The notes under the pieces: generated by a model
What the model saw: the letters and a program-made list of their open reading frames with translations, nothing else
Told to the model about the DNA's origin: nothing
The model's database searches: none
Program-made: the position numbers and the translations under genes
In this document: piece by piece, positions 31,291 through 45,400 of the stretch
How positions within the stretch are numbered: the stretch's first letter is position 1
Layout of the letters: the number at the start of each line of letters is the position of its first letter
NCBI GenBank assembly: GCA_012295275.1
Contig: CM022668.1
Location: 11,160,001 to 11,224,000 of the forward strand
Reading direction: 5' to 3'
From: Chrysomallon squamiferum
Lineage: Eukaryota > Animalia > Mollusca
DNA length: 64,000 nt

Positions 31291-33397
31291 CATTTTTTTA
31301 TTTTTTTATTTATTTATTTATTTTTTTTTTATTTAATTTAATTTAATTTATTTGTTTATTATTTAAATTCAGATGTATGCAACGAGGACTGTCTTCCTGG
31401 CGGCGTGTTGAATGAAAGTGACTGTACTTGTTCTTGTGTCAACTACTGGATAGGAGATACATGTGGTAAGCATATTTGATAGTTGAAATATTACTTCTTT
31501 GCAAAGATCTATACAAATTAATTTAAAAATTAAAATTTTAAATTTTAAAAAGTATATCTTTTCGTCTCTCATAGACTCATTTTAAAAGTTATTATAATTG
31601 TATTGCAAGACAGAAATTAACCGAGTCTGTCTTATTCAAATCTGATATGTTAATATTGCGTAAAGTTAGAGTCTTACAAGTTATGAGTGGTGATGAAAGT
31701 TTAAAACAACATGTTTGTAAATAAAATTACAACAAGAAAGCAGTATTTGTGTCTCTCTTATTTAGAATATTTATCTGAAACTAAAGTTTGTTTCATGTTC
31801 GCTGTCACAATAATACATTACCGCATTTAATTCTGTTTTTATTTCACTCCGGTTTTAGTTATGTATCATGTTTTGCAAGCCCTAACTTCACGACAGAAGG
31901 ATGATAGCAACACTCATGTATTTTTCAGAAGTAGACTTTTGTTGTTTAAGTTCAGTGACACTCTTTCAGTTATTAATCATATTAATAAGCATTTTTAGTT
32001 TCCGTAGATATCTGATACTGTTTGAATAATAAATAAAAATTGATTCAATTCTATTCTTACAGCTGTATGCAGTCTAGTCTGCCAAAATGGCGGTGTGTTG
32101 AATACGATATCTTGCACATGTACGTGCATAGAAAACTACTACGGGGATAAATGTGAGCTAAGTAAGTACTATAAATTAGAAAAAATCGTAGAAAGCAAAC
32201 AAACCGAAAAACAAGAAACATTATAATATATGTATGTATGCATGTATGTATGTATGTATGTATGTATGTATGTATGAATCTATATATGTATGTATGAACG
32301 TACATTTATTCTAAAATATTCATCACAACCATTCATTTTTCACCACACTACCCTAGATTTAAAAACATAATACGAGACAAAACACATCATAATATTAATG
32401 TAACGAGACATAAAGCAGTTCGTAACATTAATGTAACCAAACATAAAACACATAATGGCATTAATGTAAAGACACATAAAACACACCAAAATATTACTCT
32501 AATGAGACAAAAAACACATCATAACATTGATGTTTGACGAATCTGAAAGTAAGTGCGTTAGTAGAAAATAACAGTTTATTCTCTATGTTGATAATGAATC
32601 TATCTCTCTCACACGTACTCACACATAAACAGACACACAAAAACACAGACACTCATACACAAACACACATTCTGAAATAGACATGCTTGTTATTCGTGTA
32701 CAGACGCTTTCACACAAGAAATTTTATAAGAAGAAGAAGCAGAAGAACAAGAAGAACAAGAAGAACAAGAAGAAAAAAAAAAAATAATAATAATCCAGAA
32801 AACAAGGAAATAAATAAAGAAATAAAACAGTCACTTATCCATTTTGCTAGATTTGTTAACATTTTATCCTTTAATTTGTGATTCCACACAAACATTTTTC
32901 AGATTGCCATGATGACGCAGTGACTATAATGCATCAGATAATAGAGAAAGAATGTAGAGGTTCTGGAATGTTGTGGTTCTGGTGTGCCAAAACCTGTCAG
33001 TTATGTCACAATGGTAAGTTGATATGTCTATGTACATGTATTTGTAAATAAACAATAGTAAAATACATGCGTATATATATAAAACAATAAGCAGGATGGA
33101 CGTATTTCTCTCTGTATTACGTGTAAATGAAAGTGTTTAAATGTGATAAATATTCTTTCTTCAGTTCTTTTTGTATTCTCTTCAGTTCCTATTTGCATCC
33201 AGAATAGACCTCAGGCTTCTTATCAGAAATTATTTATTTGATTTGTTTGTTTTCTGTTTACTGTGATAGGCGTGGTGTGCAAGGACAGACAAGAAGAAAC
33301 GTGTCGTCATTTTGAAGAACATGCGTTTGACGAAGCCACTCACATGTTCTGTTATGAACGTGAGTCCCATGAGTGTCAGCACCTCTGTTCAGAATAA
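27478..33397 (+). CDS. Secreted PAN/apple-like + 9 EGF-like + ShKT-like + His-rich ShKT-like protein (gene C, 468 aa)
   Basis: Exons 27478-27562 (signal), 27878-28117 (PAN-like), 93-nt EGF exons 28579-28671, 29612-29704, 29997-30089, 30292-30384, 30561-30653, 30760-30852, 30952-31044 and 31373-31465, a 99-nt EGF exon 32063-32161, 32903-33013 (WCAKTCQLC) and 33270-33397 (TAA). All introns are GT-AG phase 1, giving an open 1407-nt frame. Confidence 0.9.
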
Positions 33398-34600
33398 ACA
33401 AAGTCCTTTTTGAAAGGTATTACTGTCTTTCTTTACTCTGTTTTTATTATTTAATTATTCAGTAGATTAATTATATAGAAACCAGTAACAATTTGAAATA
33501 TTATAAAGCAACTTTTTGTTAAATTTTTAATTACATTTTGAATACCTTTCTTACTGGTAACAAAATAAAAATTTAAAAATTTAAATTACTTATTAAATTG
33601 TAAATAAGTGAATATTTATTATTGTTGTTGTTGTTAATGTTATTGCTCTGTTAATGTTTTTATTTTTATTATGATTATTATGATTATATATCGAAATCAA
33701 GTTATCATTAATCATTTGTGGGTTTTTTTTCGTTTAGATCTGAAATATGGGTAATGCAGTTCATGAAAACCCTGTGTCATAAATACGATCTCAGATAAAA
33801 GATATACGCTCTTAAACTAGTTTCTTTGTTGTTTTTATCAAAAGAAATAGCAACTATCAGAACAAGAACACTACTACTACATATACTGTTAATACAACAA
33901 TTACTAGTACTAGTGTTTCTACTAATACTACTAGTGATAATGATTATTATAATAAAAAATATTTTAAAAAAATTAAAAATAAATCAAGAAATAAATAAGT
34001 ATACAAATCAATGAATGAAGAAATAAATAAATACGTAAACAAATTAAAAAGTGAATGTAAATAATTAAACAACGAATGAATGGATGAATGAATGAATAAG
34101 TGTAGTGTAACGCAGTAAGTAAATAAATAAGTGCACTTTCACTCATACATATTATTATCACCTTCTTTGGGATGTTACTACTACTACTACTATTACTACT
34201 ACTACTACCACTACTATTACTACTGCTACTACTTCTGCTGCTGCTAGTACTAGTACTTTATTTTATTTTATCTGTATTATCTTATAGGCATATTATTCGA
34301 CTGTGCAGGTTTTAGAAATATATGTATAATTGTCAGTAAATAAATATATAAACAAACAGTTAAAGAAATAAGTGGAACGAAAATACTCAAATTGTATATA
34401 AGGGAAATAACTCTCATTTAAAAGGAAAATATACAGGAAGAATTAAGACGTCAAATTTCAGTAAGACTTCCTGCCATATCTCATTTTTCTAAATATTATC
34501 TACTTTATTTAAGATCAACGTTGCACTGTTCAATATTATTTATTTATTTATTTACTTACTTCCTTACTTATTTACTTACCTACTTATTTTTGTATTTATT

Positions 34601-34685
<85 letters not shown>

Positions 34686-35368
34686 CCATGCACTGTGCTC
34701 GTATGAATTTCGTTTCTAGTGCTATGTACAGTAATGTAACAAAACTGGTTATTGTCAGTTTATTTATTTATTCATTTTTGTTTTCGTTGTTGTTAAATAT
34801 ATATATATATATATATAAAATGAACACAACTGAAAAACAAAACAATCGTTTGTTAAGTCATATGTATTTTTTTATTCTATTAATTTTGTCTTTCTTTTTA
34901 CATTTTACACCAGTTTACATGAAGCACATTTGAGTTTTATATACAAAGGTTTTTATTAACAACAAAAATGACTAGTTCACTATTTTCACACATACTCTTC
35001 AACATGTATTCTGCCATTTTGTTAATTACTTGCTTTAATATGAATCATAATGATGATGATGATGATGATGATGACGAAAACAGCTAAGTATAGGTAACAA
35101 TATTACATTTACTTATTGGATAAAATTTTCTTCTACGTGTACATGTATTCAATGAAGCAAATAGCTGCTGTATATCATGAAATTAACAAAATACAACAAT
35201 AAATTAAATGTATGTTCTCATTTTTGAGATTTATTCTTTCCCAGTGAATGTATTTTGTTCAACAATGACTCAAGCTGTATAACTGCAATATCTGACAAAC
35301 CGATGCATTTTTATCTATTTACTTATTTTATTTACCTTTAATATTTAATTTTTGTTAATTAATTAATA

Positions 35369-35399
<31 letters not shown>

Positions 35400-35523
35400 G
35401 GGGGATAAAAGGCCAGGTTAGCAAAAGACTCCAACCATTACATGTGAATAAAATATTGAACAAAATGATAAAATAAATTTCATTATGTCTTCTGTTAACT
35501 AAACAACCATAAAATAATCATCA

Positions 35524-35569
<46 letters not shown>

Positions 35570-36420
35570 ACATATTTTAATAATTTGTTTATATTTTTTT
35601 ATGGTTAATGGATAAATGAAATGCAAAAAACACTAAGTGTATTGTTTAATATGAATAACAGCGAATAACATTAAGTTAATATTTTACACTATAAATTATC
35701 ACATTTTTAAATGACATTAAATCTTTTGCACTACTTATACAGCACTAATGGGGAAAAAACAAAAAGCAAGACAACATTTCTACATCTGACAAACACTGAT
35801 TTAAGTAAAGCAAACAGTACTGACAATTCCTCAAAATATAAAAATTACAAGAGAAGTTTACAGTAAATGCTGAATTTGCTAAACAAAATAGCTTGTTAGC
35901 TTGAAATACTGAAAGAAATCAAATTTAAATTACAAAAATAATAAAAAATGTAATTAAATGAGGATATTAATTATTGTTTCCTGTAATCTCAAACTAATTT
36001 ATCAAGAAATTTATCTTTTTGTATTAAAGAACTTTCATTTACTCAACTGACATAAGCTAATTCACAATGAAGTCACAACCCATCTATTTTAAATCTTTTT
36101 TCTATTTTGTTTTAGCAAATATATTAATTACCTTTTTCAAACTATTGAACAGAGGAAAATTTATTTTTATACTTCAGATATTTTAGTTATAATCTTACAA
36201 AATTAAGGATGTCTAAAGAAATTGTATTTCAAGGTCTAACAGAGGTAGACAAAAAGAGAATATCTCAGGTGTAGAATGAGTTTCAGTTTAAAAAGATAGT
36301 TTGACTTTTGTTGAATTACAGACTTGCATAACAGAATGAGTTATTAAAGAAGATTTTACAGATTAAGAAATCCAACAAAGTTTTTATTTTAAACATAATC
36401 ATGGTGTGTCTGTTGTAAGT

Positions 36421-39400
36421 TTACAGAAATGTTTCACGGTCCATGCCACTGCTGCTGTTTGTTGATGACTCAAGTTGCCGTTGTTGTAATAGACGTATTT
36501 CCAATTTGACAGTCAAACAAATCATCCTCTCTTCATGTATTTTCTGACACAGCTCAGAGTTCTGCTTCTGTAACAATAATAATAATATTAACACAACAAC
36601 AACCACAAAAATAATGCTAAAACAAATACAAATAACAACAACAACAGAACAACAGAGTTAACAACAATAATAATAATAATATAAATAATAACAACAATAA
36701 AAATAACAATAACACTGCCAATAATAATATTCTTGTAAAAGAAGTCTCTAAATAAACAAAAAAAATCATAAAATAAAATGTAAATAAATTTAAGAAATAT
36801 ATTTTGAAAAAGAAACAACAATACCAGAAACAATATAACATTTTTTTCTGACCTCCAACATCTCATTTTCCTGTTTGAGTGACAGAAGAATTTCTTCAAG
36901 CTCCTCCTCATCCTCACTCTCATCACTGCTGTCAGAGCTTGAACTCATGTCCTCGAGGTCTGAGTCCTGCCGCAGATACTGCAGCTCCTGTATTTCCAGA
37001 TGTAATCTCTCAATTTCACTTTCCTCAGTCTCAATTTTCTGTCTCAGTTCATCAGCTGTAACATTAAGTTTATACCATTTTTCATAAAACAACAATTTAT
37101 ACTTGAAATACCATTTTTGTAGTACAGTAATTTTATACCACTTTTCACAGACCAATAATATTATATCACTTTTCATACTACAGTAGTTCTATACCATTTT
37201 TCATGGAAAAGTAATTTTATACCACTTTTTATAGAACAATAATTTTACACCACTATTCTCAGTACAGTAATTTTATACAACTTTTCATACTACAGTAGTT
37301 TTACATCATTTTTCACAGACAAGTAACTTCATCCCCCTTTTAAAGAACAATAATTTTATACCACTATTCTCAGTACAGTAATTTTATAAAACCTTTAATT
37401 GAAAAGTAATTTTATACCATTTTTCATACTATATTGGTTTTATACTATTTTTCATAGACCAGTAATATTATATCTCTTTTGATACTACAGTAATTTTATA
37501 CCATTTTTCATAGAAAAGTAATTTTATACCACTTTTTATAGAACGATAATTTTGTATCAATTTTCATGATATATTAATTTTATACCATATTTAATACACT
37601 ATTATTTTATACCAAATTTTCATGGCACAGTAATTTTATACCATTTTCATAGCATATTAATTTTATACCACTTTTTATAGCACATTAATTTCATACCACT
37701 TTTTATTCTATATTAATGTCATACCACTTTTCATGCTACAATAATTTAATAATACCACTTTTCATGCTACATTAATTTTGTATCACTTTTCATAGCACAT
37801 TAATTTTATGCCACTATCACAGACCAGTAATTTTACACCATTTTTCATTGTACAGTAATTTAAAAACTTAAAATGCCAATTAAACTACCATAGTACAATA
37901 ATTTAATATTTGGAATTTCACTTTTCATAGAACAGTAATCTAATACTCAAAATACTGTTATTATACCGTAGTACATATATATTTTAATACTTGAAATACC
38001 ACTGTTCTAATACAATAGCAAAATGTATTTTAACACTTCAATATTAGTTGTAATAACACAGAATAAGGAACTCGTATTAAGAACTCACTCTAAGGAACTC
38101 GTATTAAGAACTCACTCTAAGGAACTCGTATTAAGAATTCACTCTAAGGAACACACTCAGAACTAAAAACTCACCAATAGCTAAAAGTTCCTCTTCCTCC
38201 ATTTTTTGAGCCTCACATTCTTCTAACAGAGCTTGAGTTTCTTCATCATCAACATCATCCCACATCACTGAAACATAAGACAAATCAGGACCATCATCCT
38301 ATATTACTGAAACTCAACAAAATTTATCATCATCACCATCATTGAGAAACTAATATTATCATCATCTAAACTAAAGATAAATCATCATTATCATCCTATA
38401 TTCCTTGAACACCAGAAAATGTATCATAATTTCACACGCTAGCATATAAACAGTCTGATTAGACTTTTCAACCATTGTTTTAATTTATTTCTCAAGTGAT
38501 ACAAACAACAACAGATATATTTTAAAAAATAAGAATAAAAGATAAAAATTAACCACCTTCTTCTTTTCCATCCATATGTACATCTGCATGGATGGTGAAT
38601 GGCATATTTTGCTTGTCAACCTTGACCTCTGACACAGGTTTGTTGACCTCTGAGAACTTGACTTTTCTTTTCTCTGTTGTCTTTTTCTCACCTAACAGCT
38701 CCTCCTCAAGGAATCGCAGCTCCTCAGACTTACGAAATGATTCTTCAACCTAAAGGACATTGTTAAATGTAGCAATAGCTTGTTACATACATTTCTCATC
38801 TAATTATCGAAACAAATAAGTTTCAAAACTTAATAACCATCATTTATTTTTATCTAACATTATCTAATTTTTAAAATGTCCTTTGATAGTATACTATCTA
38901 GTTTTAACATGTCATTTGTCTTGTTTTGACACTGCACTAATCTAGTTGTAAGTCTACACTAATCTAATGTTAACACTAAAGTGATTTTAAAACTACATTA
39001 ATTCTAAAAGCACACTAATTTTATGACTGCTGTGACCCAAGTGAACTTACTGTCTCTTCTTTCTTGCATGGCACTGGCTCAGCTTTGACTGGCTGAAGCA
39101 GTTCATTGGTTAAATGGACAAGGGGATGGACGGGGATTCCTTCATCCTTCACAACATCTTTCTGCAAACTGTCTTCTTTGGTCTCTAAGTTTTTCATCTC
39201 TTCTTTAATTTTTTCTTTCTCTTCTTTCACTTTTGTTTTTTCCAGCATTTCATCTGTTTCAATGAATTCGTTTGTCTCAATTTCCTTCATCTGGCTTCCT
39301 TCCTTCTTTCCATCAGTTTGATCCGATTCACCTCTCTCCTCCATCGGCTTAGATTCACCTTCGTTTTTCCTACTGGACTCTTTCACCTCCATTTGAGTTT

Positions 39401-42400
39401 CTTGTGCAGGTTTTGTCTCCACTTCAACTTCACTTTTAGCAACCTTCTTATCGTCAGCAGGTGATGCTGAAGCTGTAGCTGATAACCTGACCTGTTGTTT
39501 ACTTGTTACTGTTTCTGTTGTTGTTGTAGTTACTGTTGATGCTGCTGGAACACTGACTGATTGTTTGCTGGTTGCTGCTGTTGTGGATGGTGATCCTGGG
39601 ACAGAGACTGGCTGTTTACTTGTTGCTGTTGGTGGTGGTGCAGGAGCTGCTTCCTTGGTTTTTGCTTTATCAGTTGAAGATTTCAATTTGGAATCTTTTT
39701 CTTCAGAGTGCTCAGATGTTGAGTCAGGTTTCTTTTCTTCTGAACTTGCCTCTGTCACTTTGGGGACTTCTCTCAGAGTCAGCTGTAACTCCTCAACATC
39801 TGCCAGATTTGACGAATTCTTCTTCACTTCCAACTCCTTCCTTCTCTTGTCTGCTACATCAACACCCTTCTTTGCAAGTTTTATCTGAAGTAGTAAATAT
39901 TTTCTAAAAACTGTAGTTTACGTAATCAAACAAATTTTATTTTTAAATTTATATTTAGTAATCAAAAATAACATTTAAAAAAGCTATATTTTTAGTAATC
40001 CAATATAATTTAAAAAACCAAACAAGATCAAAGACAGAAAAGCAACAGGCTGTTTCCATTCTCAACTGACAAACCTTTCTTTTTAGTTGAGTGACAACTC
40101 TCTGAACCTCCCACAGTTGTTCCTCCTTCACAGGATCCTTGACTCCTGCATTCAATTCCTCGTGCAGCTGACTGAGGAGTGACTCCTGTTTTGCCAGCTC
40201 CTCTTCTGCTCCTGCTGGTGTGTCAGGCAGTTCTAGTGACCAGCGGGATGTTGCTGGCCTCAGTGGAGGAACGTATCGGGGAAGACTGGAGAAATGAAAT
40301 AAAGATATTTTTATTTTTATTTAAAGAAGAGTTTATATTTTGTTTCACTTGTTATATTTTCACATTATGGTTACCTGGTTACACTGAATATAGTCAAGGA
40401 CCATGCAAATAATGACAGAGAAAAATATTTTATTGATAAGTATCAATCAAAATTTTATAGGCAGACATCCACAGATAAATTTGTTACTGAAAACTGGCTG
40501 TAATGGAAAAAGGTCAGTGGTAACAATGAACAGGATTGTGCCTCTGTCTCACTACAAATGTCTCTCCAGTGAACTACACTCTGCTCCTTTTATCTATGTA
40601 TCTCTTAATAATTCAGTCTGTGTCTTGCTTATTTGTTTTACTTATGTTACTCTAGATATTCTAAATGATAGTTTGCTTCCTTTCGTTTTAAATTTTTTAG
40701 TTGCTGTTCAGTTTGCCTTTTTATTTTTTTTATTTACATTATGCAAAATTATTCTGTTTTTCCTTTTCAATTTATAATATATATCTGTCTCTCTATCTAT
40801 AACTTATTTATTTAATAAAATGACATTTTTTGTTTTTTTCTTTTAAATTATTTTACGATTCACTTACATTAGATCATTTCCCTACTGACTTGATTAGCTT
40901 TCAATAATATTCCATTAGATCCTGATAATGAAAACACTGTTTTTATCACTACACACCTCTTCACGAGATCCTCAGCGAAGATCTGGTTTGTGTTTGTAAA
41001 CAAAACATTGAGAACTCGGTGACTGATCTGCATGGTGGGACTTAACACAATCGACACGTTCTGCAGGGTCATCTTGTTTTCTTTTTGCTAAAAAAGAAAT
41101 TGGAACACAGACATACAGACACACAAATACACTTTACAACATTACCATGTTTTGTTGTTTTTACAGTAACAAAGTTTCAAAACACTTAGTTTTACAAAAT
41201 GATTTTGTATCCAATTAAATACGTTCAAAAAATATTTTAGTGGAAGTTAAATGATGATTTTACACGTTGTAATGTAAAATGAAATGATGTATTTACTAAA
41301 TGTCATATGACCAAGGAATGATTTACCCTCTGAATGATGTGTGTCATGTGAACAATCATCCAGGACAGTAAAAGTCTGTTACATGTAGGTAGATCATCTA
41401 TCAGTTTCTTAAACTGGTCCACTCGCTTCTTGTTGTTCTTTATAGCTACAAGATAACTTCACATTTCAGTATATATTATATACTTCAATGTAGTATAAAA
41501 CTTTATCACAGAAATCACTTCAATATGTCATATAAGATTTGTGTATGTATGTCACATCAAAATTCAGTACACAAATTCAATAAGTCATATAACACTTCAG
41601 TACATAAACCTCAATATATACACTTCAGTATAGAATAAAACTTCAGCAAAGAAGTCTTTCAATATGTCATATAAGATTTTTGCATGTAAATCATATCAAA
41701 ATTCAGTACATAAATTCAGTAGGTCATATAAAACTTCAATGTTGTATAAAACTTTAATATACAAGTCATATAAAACTTTACTATGTAATTCATATGAAAA
41801 TTCAGTGTATGGCACATCACAATTCAATACATTTTACATCAAATGACAATATTTGTCACATCGAATTTTAGTCAAATCCAAAAATCAATATGTCTTATCA
41901 AAATCCAGTTACAAAAATTCCAGCAAGTAGTTTAGCAATCATTAGTATATATATATATATGAAGCATCGCTATTATTATAGCAAATTTTACAACTTGTCA
42001 AATCAAACTTATGCATTAATAATAGTTTACTGCATATTACACTTAAGTGAGTGTTTATCAACATTTCCATACTTTAGTATATATATCGAACTTCAGAGTA
42101 TTCTATCATATTAAACTTTAGTATGAACTATAGTACTATATGACAGATTATAAATTGTTGCTACAGTATCTATAAAAGAAATTAGTAAAACAGTAAACTA
42201 AATGCTTATTTTTATTAAAGCAGTGACAAAAGCAGTACAAAAACAATCTCTCATAGATAATAATGTTACTTCACATCAATTCCAACATCAAAATTAATGC
42301 CCACGACTGCTGAAATTTAAGGAAATACAGCACAACATTATCTTTTAGACAGAAAACAGTCATGTCTACTGCAGCAACATCAACACAGTATCACTACTGA

Positions 42401-45400
42401 ACGGTTTATAATTCTTATTTTTCTCACTTGAAGCTTCTTCAAACTTGGGCATGGCTGCTGTGGTGAGGACAGGCTCGGGCAGTTCTCGGAGGAATTGTTT
42501 TAGGAGACTCGCCACAACATTTGGTTCTGCCTCCTCCAGGTGTGCGACGATGCCCCTGTTGTAGCAGTCCTTCAGGTGCTGCACCTTAGATTTAACACCT
42601 GAGATTCGGTATATACCTTCACACGACAGTCCTGAAATAAAATAATACTCTGATAGTGATAGTAATATCTAATATGTTGATATTTTAGTATTAAATATGT
42701 TGATAATTATGTTAATATTTAATATGCTGATAGTTATCTTAATATTAAACATGCTTTTAGTAGTAGTAGTATTTACACAAATATTAATATTTAACATGCT
42801 GACAATTATGTAATATTTAATGTGTTCATAGTATATTAACATTTAATATGTTGATATTTATATTAAATTTGATATTTTGATACTCAGATTATTATTTATG
42901 TTGATTCTTATATTAATATGCCATTAGTCATATTAACATTTATTTTCATATTTATATTCATTTAATATGTGGATAATTATATTAATATTTAATATGTTTA
43001 AATAGTTATATTAATATCTAATAGACCAATAGTAATATTAATATTTTATATGCCAATAGCCATATTAACATTTAGTTAATTGTATTAATATTTAATATTT
43101 AATGTTAGTCATGTTCTGACAGTCAGTATGTTGATAGATATATAAATTTTATTTTGATAGTTAACTTAATATTTAATATGCTTATATTTGTATTAATAGG
43201 ATAGTTTTGTTTACTTTAATATAGCTCAGTCTTTAGAACATGGGCTTGAATTATTCCAATCCATCCAGTCCTCTATAACTAGTTTACAAAAAACTATCAT
43301 ATAATATATATTTCCTTATTTATCTGTTCATGAAGTGAATGAGTTGCTACTTAGATTAATGTTTAGTTTCTGCTGATTTCCCTTCTTATGCAGTCATTAC
43401 AAACTATTTCGATCAACAAGTACTAACATGTGATAATAAAAATAAAGTTTAGGATTCATTATGAGATTAGTTAACAGTTAAAATGGTGAACTCACCATAT
43501 TCTTCAATATAGTCAACACATTCTCTGAAAATAGCTGGCAGTTCTATTCCATCATGACATCTGTTTCTCTCAACTGCTTGTGCCAGGGGAATTCCAAATA
43601 TAGGTGTTGCTATTGTTGCTTTGAAATAAATATGCTTGTTTATTATATTGGACATAATGACAATGTTGTTTAACAAGATTGCTGTTTTCCTTTTCATTTC
43701 ATACATACAGACTCAGACAGACATGGATATAGAATAAACAAAGAAAGAGAGAGAGAAAATTGTTTACTGAATTTATCAACATAAAATATACAGGTTAGTA
43801 TAAATTTTATATTTTTTATTTCAATGCAGATGAGTTATTTTGACTTTACAAATTAATACAGTTGACAGGTTTCAAAATGAAAAACAAACCAAGATTATAA
43901 GACACTGAGAATTTTTTTTAAAAAGGTATTGTCTCACTAGATTCTTCTTCTTTCCGTTCACCATGAGGAAATCTGTGTTTTCCTTTTTTCCTGTCTTTAA
44001 TTTTGTGCTTCTTTCCATCCTTTTCTTCCTTCTTCTTATCTTTTTCTTCTTTCCGTTGTTCCTTTTCCTTCTTTTCCTCAGGTACATGCTGAAATTAGTA
44101 ACAAAGTGACTTGTTTTATTTATCTAAAATTGTTTTATAAACCAGAATATATAACGCAAAATAATAGTAAAATTATTTTTCTTAAAGTTATATGGATGTA
44201 GTCAGTTTGAATACAATGTATGAAATGATTTGTTGAATGCAATTCAGCAAATACAGTTTGTTGATTTGTTGAATAATTTGTAGATAATTTGTTGAATACA
44301 ATTTGTCAGATGATTTGGTGAAAACAAAAATTGACATATGTCTGGTTTATCAAAGGAATGGGGTTCTTTGGCCTAAAAAAGATTCCTCAGACAAAACGAT
44401 AAAGAGTGTAGTTGTTGTAATAAAAACAAACAAAATAATGAAAATTGTCTTTCAAAAATATTTTTACCTTTTCTTTTTTAACAAAAATGTCTTTTCTTGC
44501 CGGAAACTTGAAACCTGGTTTACTTTTCTTCACCTTTGATGGACTTCTGTAAATGAAACACTGATAAAAAATAATAATAATAATAATGATAATAATAATA
44601 ATAATCACAATAATAATAACAATAATAATAATAAATTTTTTAAAAAGAGAAGATTATTTGCATTAATAAAATACAACAATAATAAAAATGAACAATAATG
44701 ATAAAAATAATGATGATGTATGCTGAAAATAACACCAATAATAATAATAACAATAATAACCAATGATAATAAAAACAATAATTATAAAAATAATAAACAG
44801 TGATGATAATAATTAATAGTAATAATTTAAAAATTATTATGATAATACAAATAGTAATGTTTTTATTATTATTATCTAATTTTCAATAAAAATACTAATC
44901 ATGACAATAAATTCAAATCAGTGTACAGAATGAAACCATGTTAGGCTCCAAAACCATTCAATATATTGATGTAAGTTTGTTATTTTACTGTCATGAAACC
45001 CATATCTAACCTGAATTGTCTTTTGTCATAAGATTTCTTTGATACTGGACAAGCCTATATGTACATGTTTACATATAGCGAAGCACTTGCACATGTGCAT
45101 TTCCTTATCATTAAAGCAATTTTTTTAAACATTATAAAGGGTGAGTGTCGTTTTCTTATGATTGTCTTTAATTATCTTTGCAAAGATTAGTGCTGCTTAA
45201 GTTGCATTTTCCTGCATGGTTTTCACATAAATCATCACAAAAGACATATCCCTTTATCTCCAAAAAACCTGTGGTTGGACTTACATACTGTTCTACTGAT
45301 GGCTGAGTGAGATTACAATTTTGGGTTCTACATTCAAACTAATATATGCTTGAAAAGTAGTAAATTAATGTTGTTGACCCTTAAGATGATGTTTTTATTC

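Noticed and set aside
29997-31465. Identical ~37-bp repeats separated by variable sequence (CRISPR-like look)
   Set aside because: They are the 3' ends of duplicated EGF exons with GT-AG boundaries.
39106-39907. Plus-strand ORFs of 71-111 aa
   Set aside because: Antisense shadows of the large RALBP1 exon.
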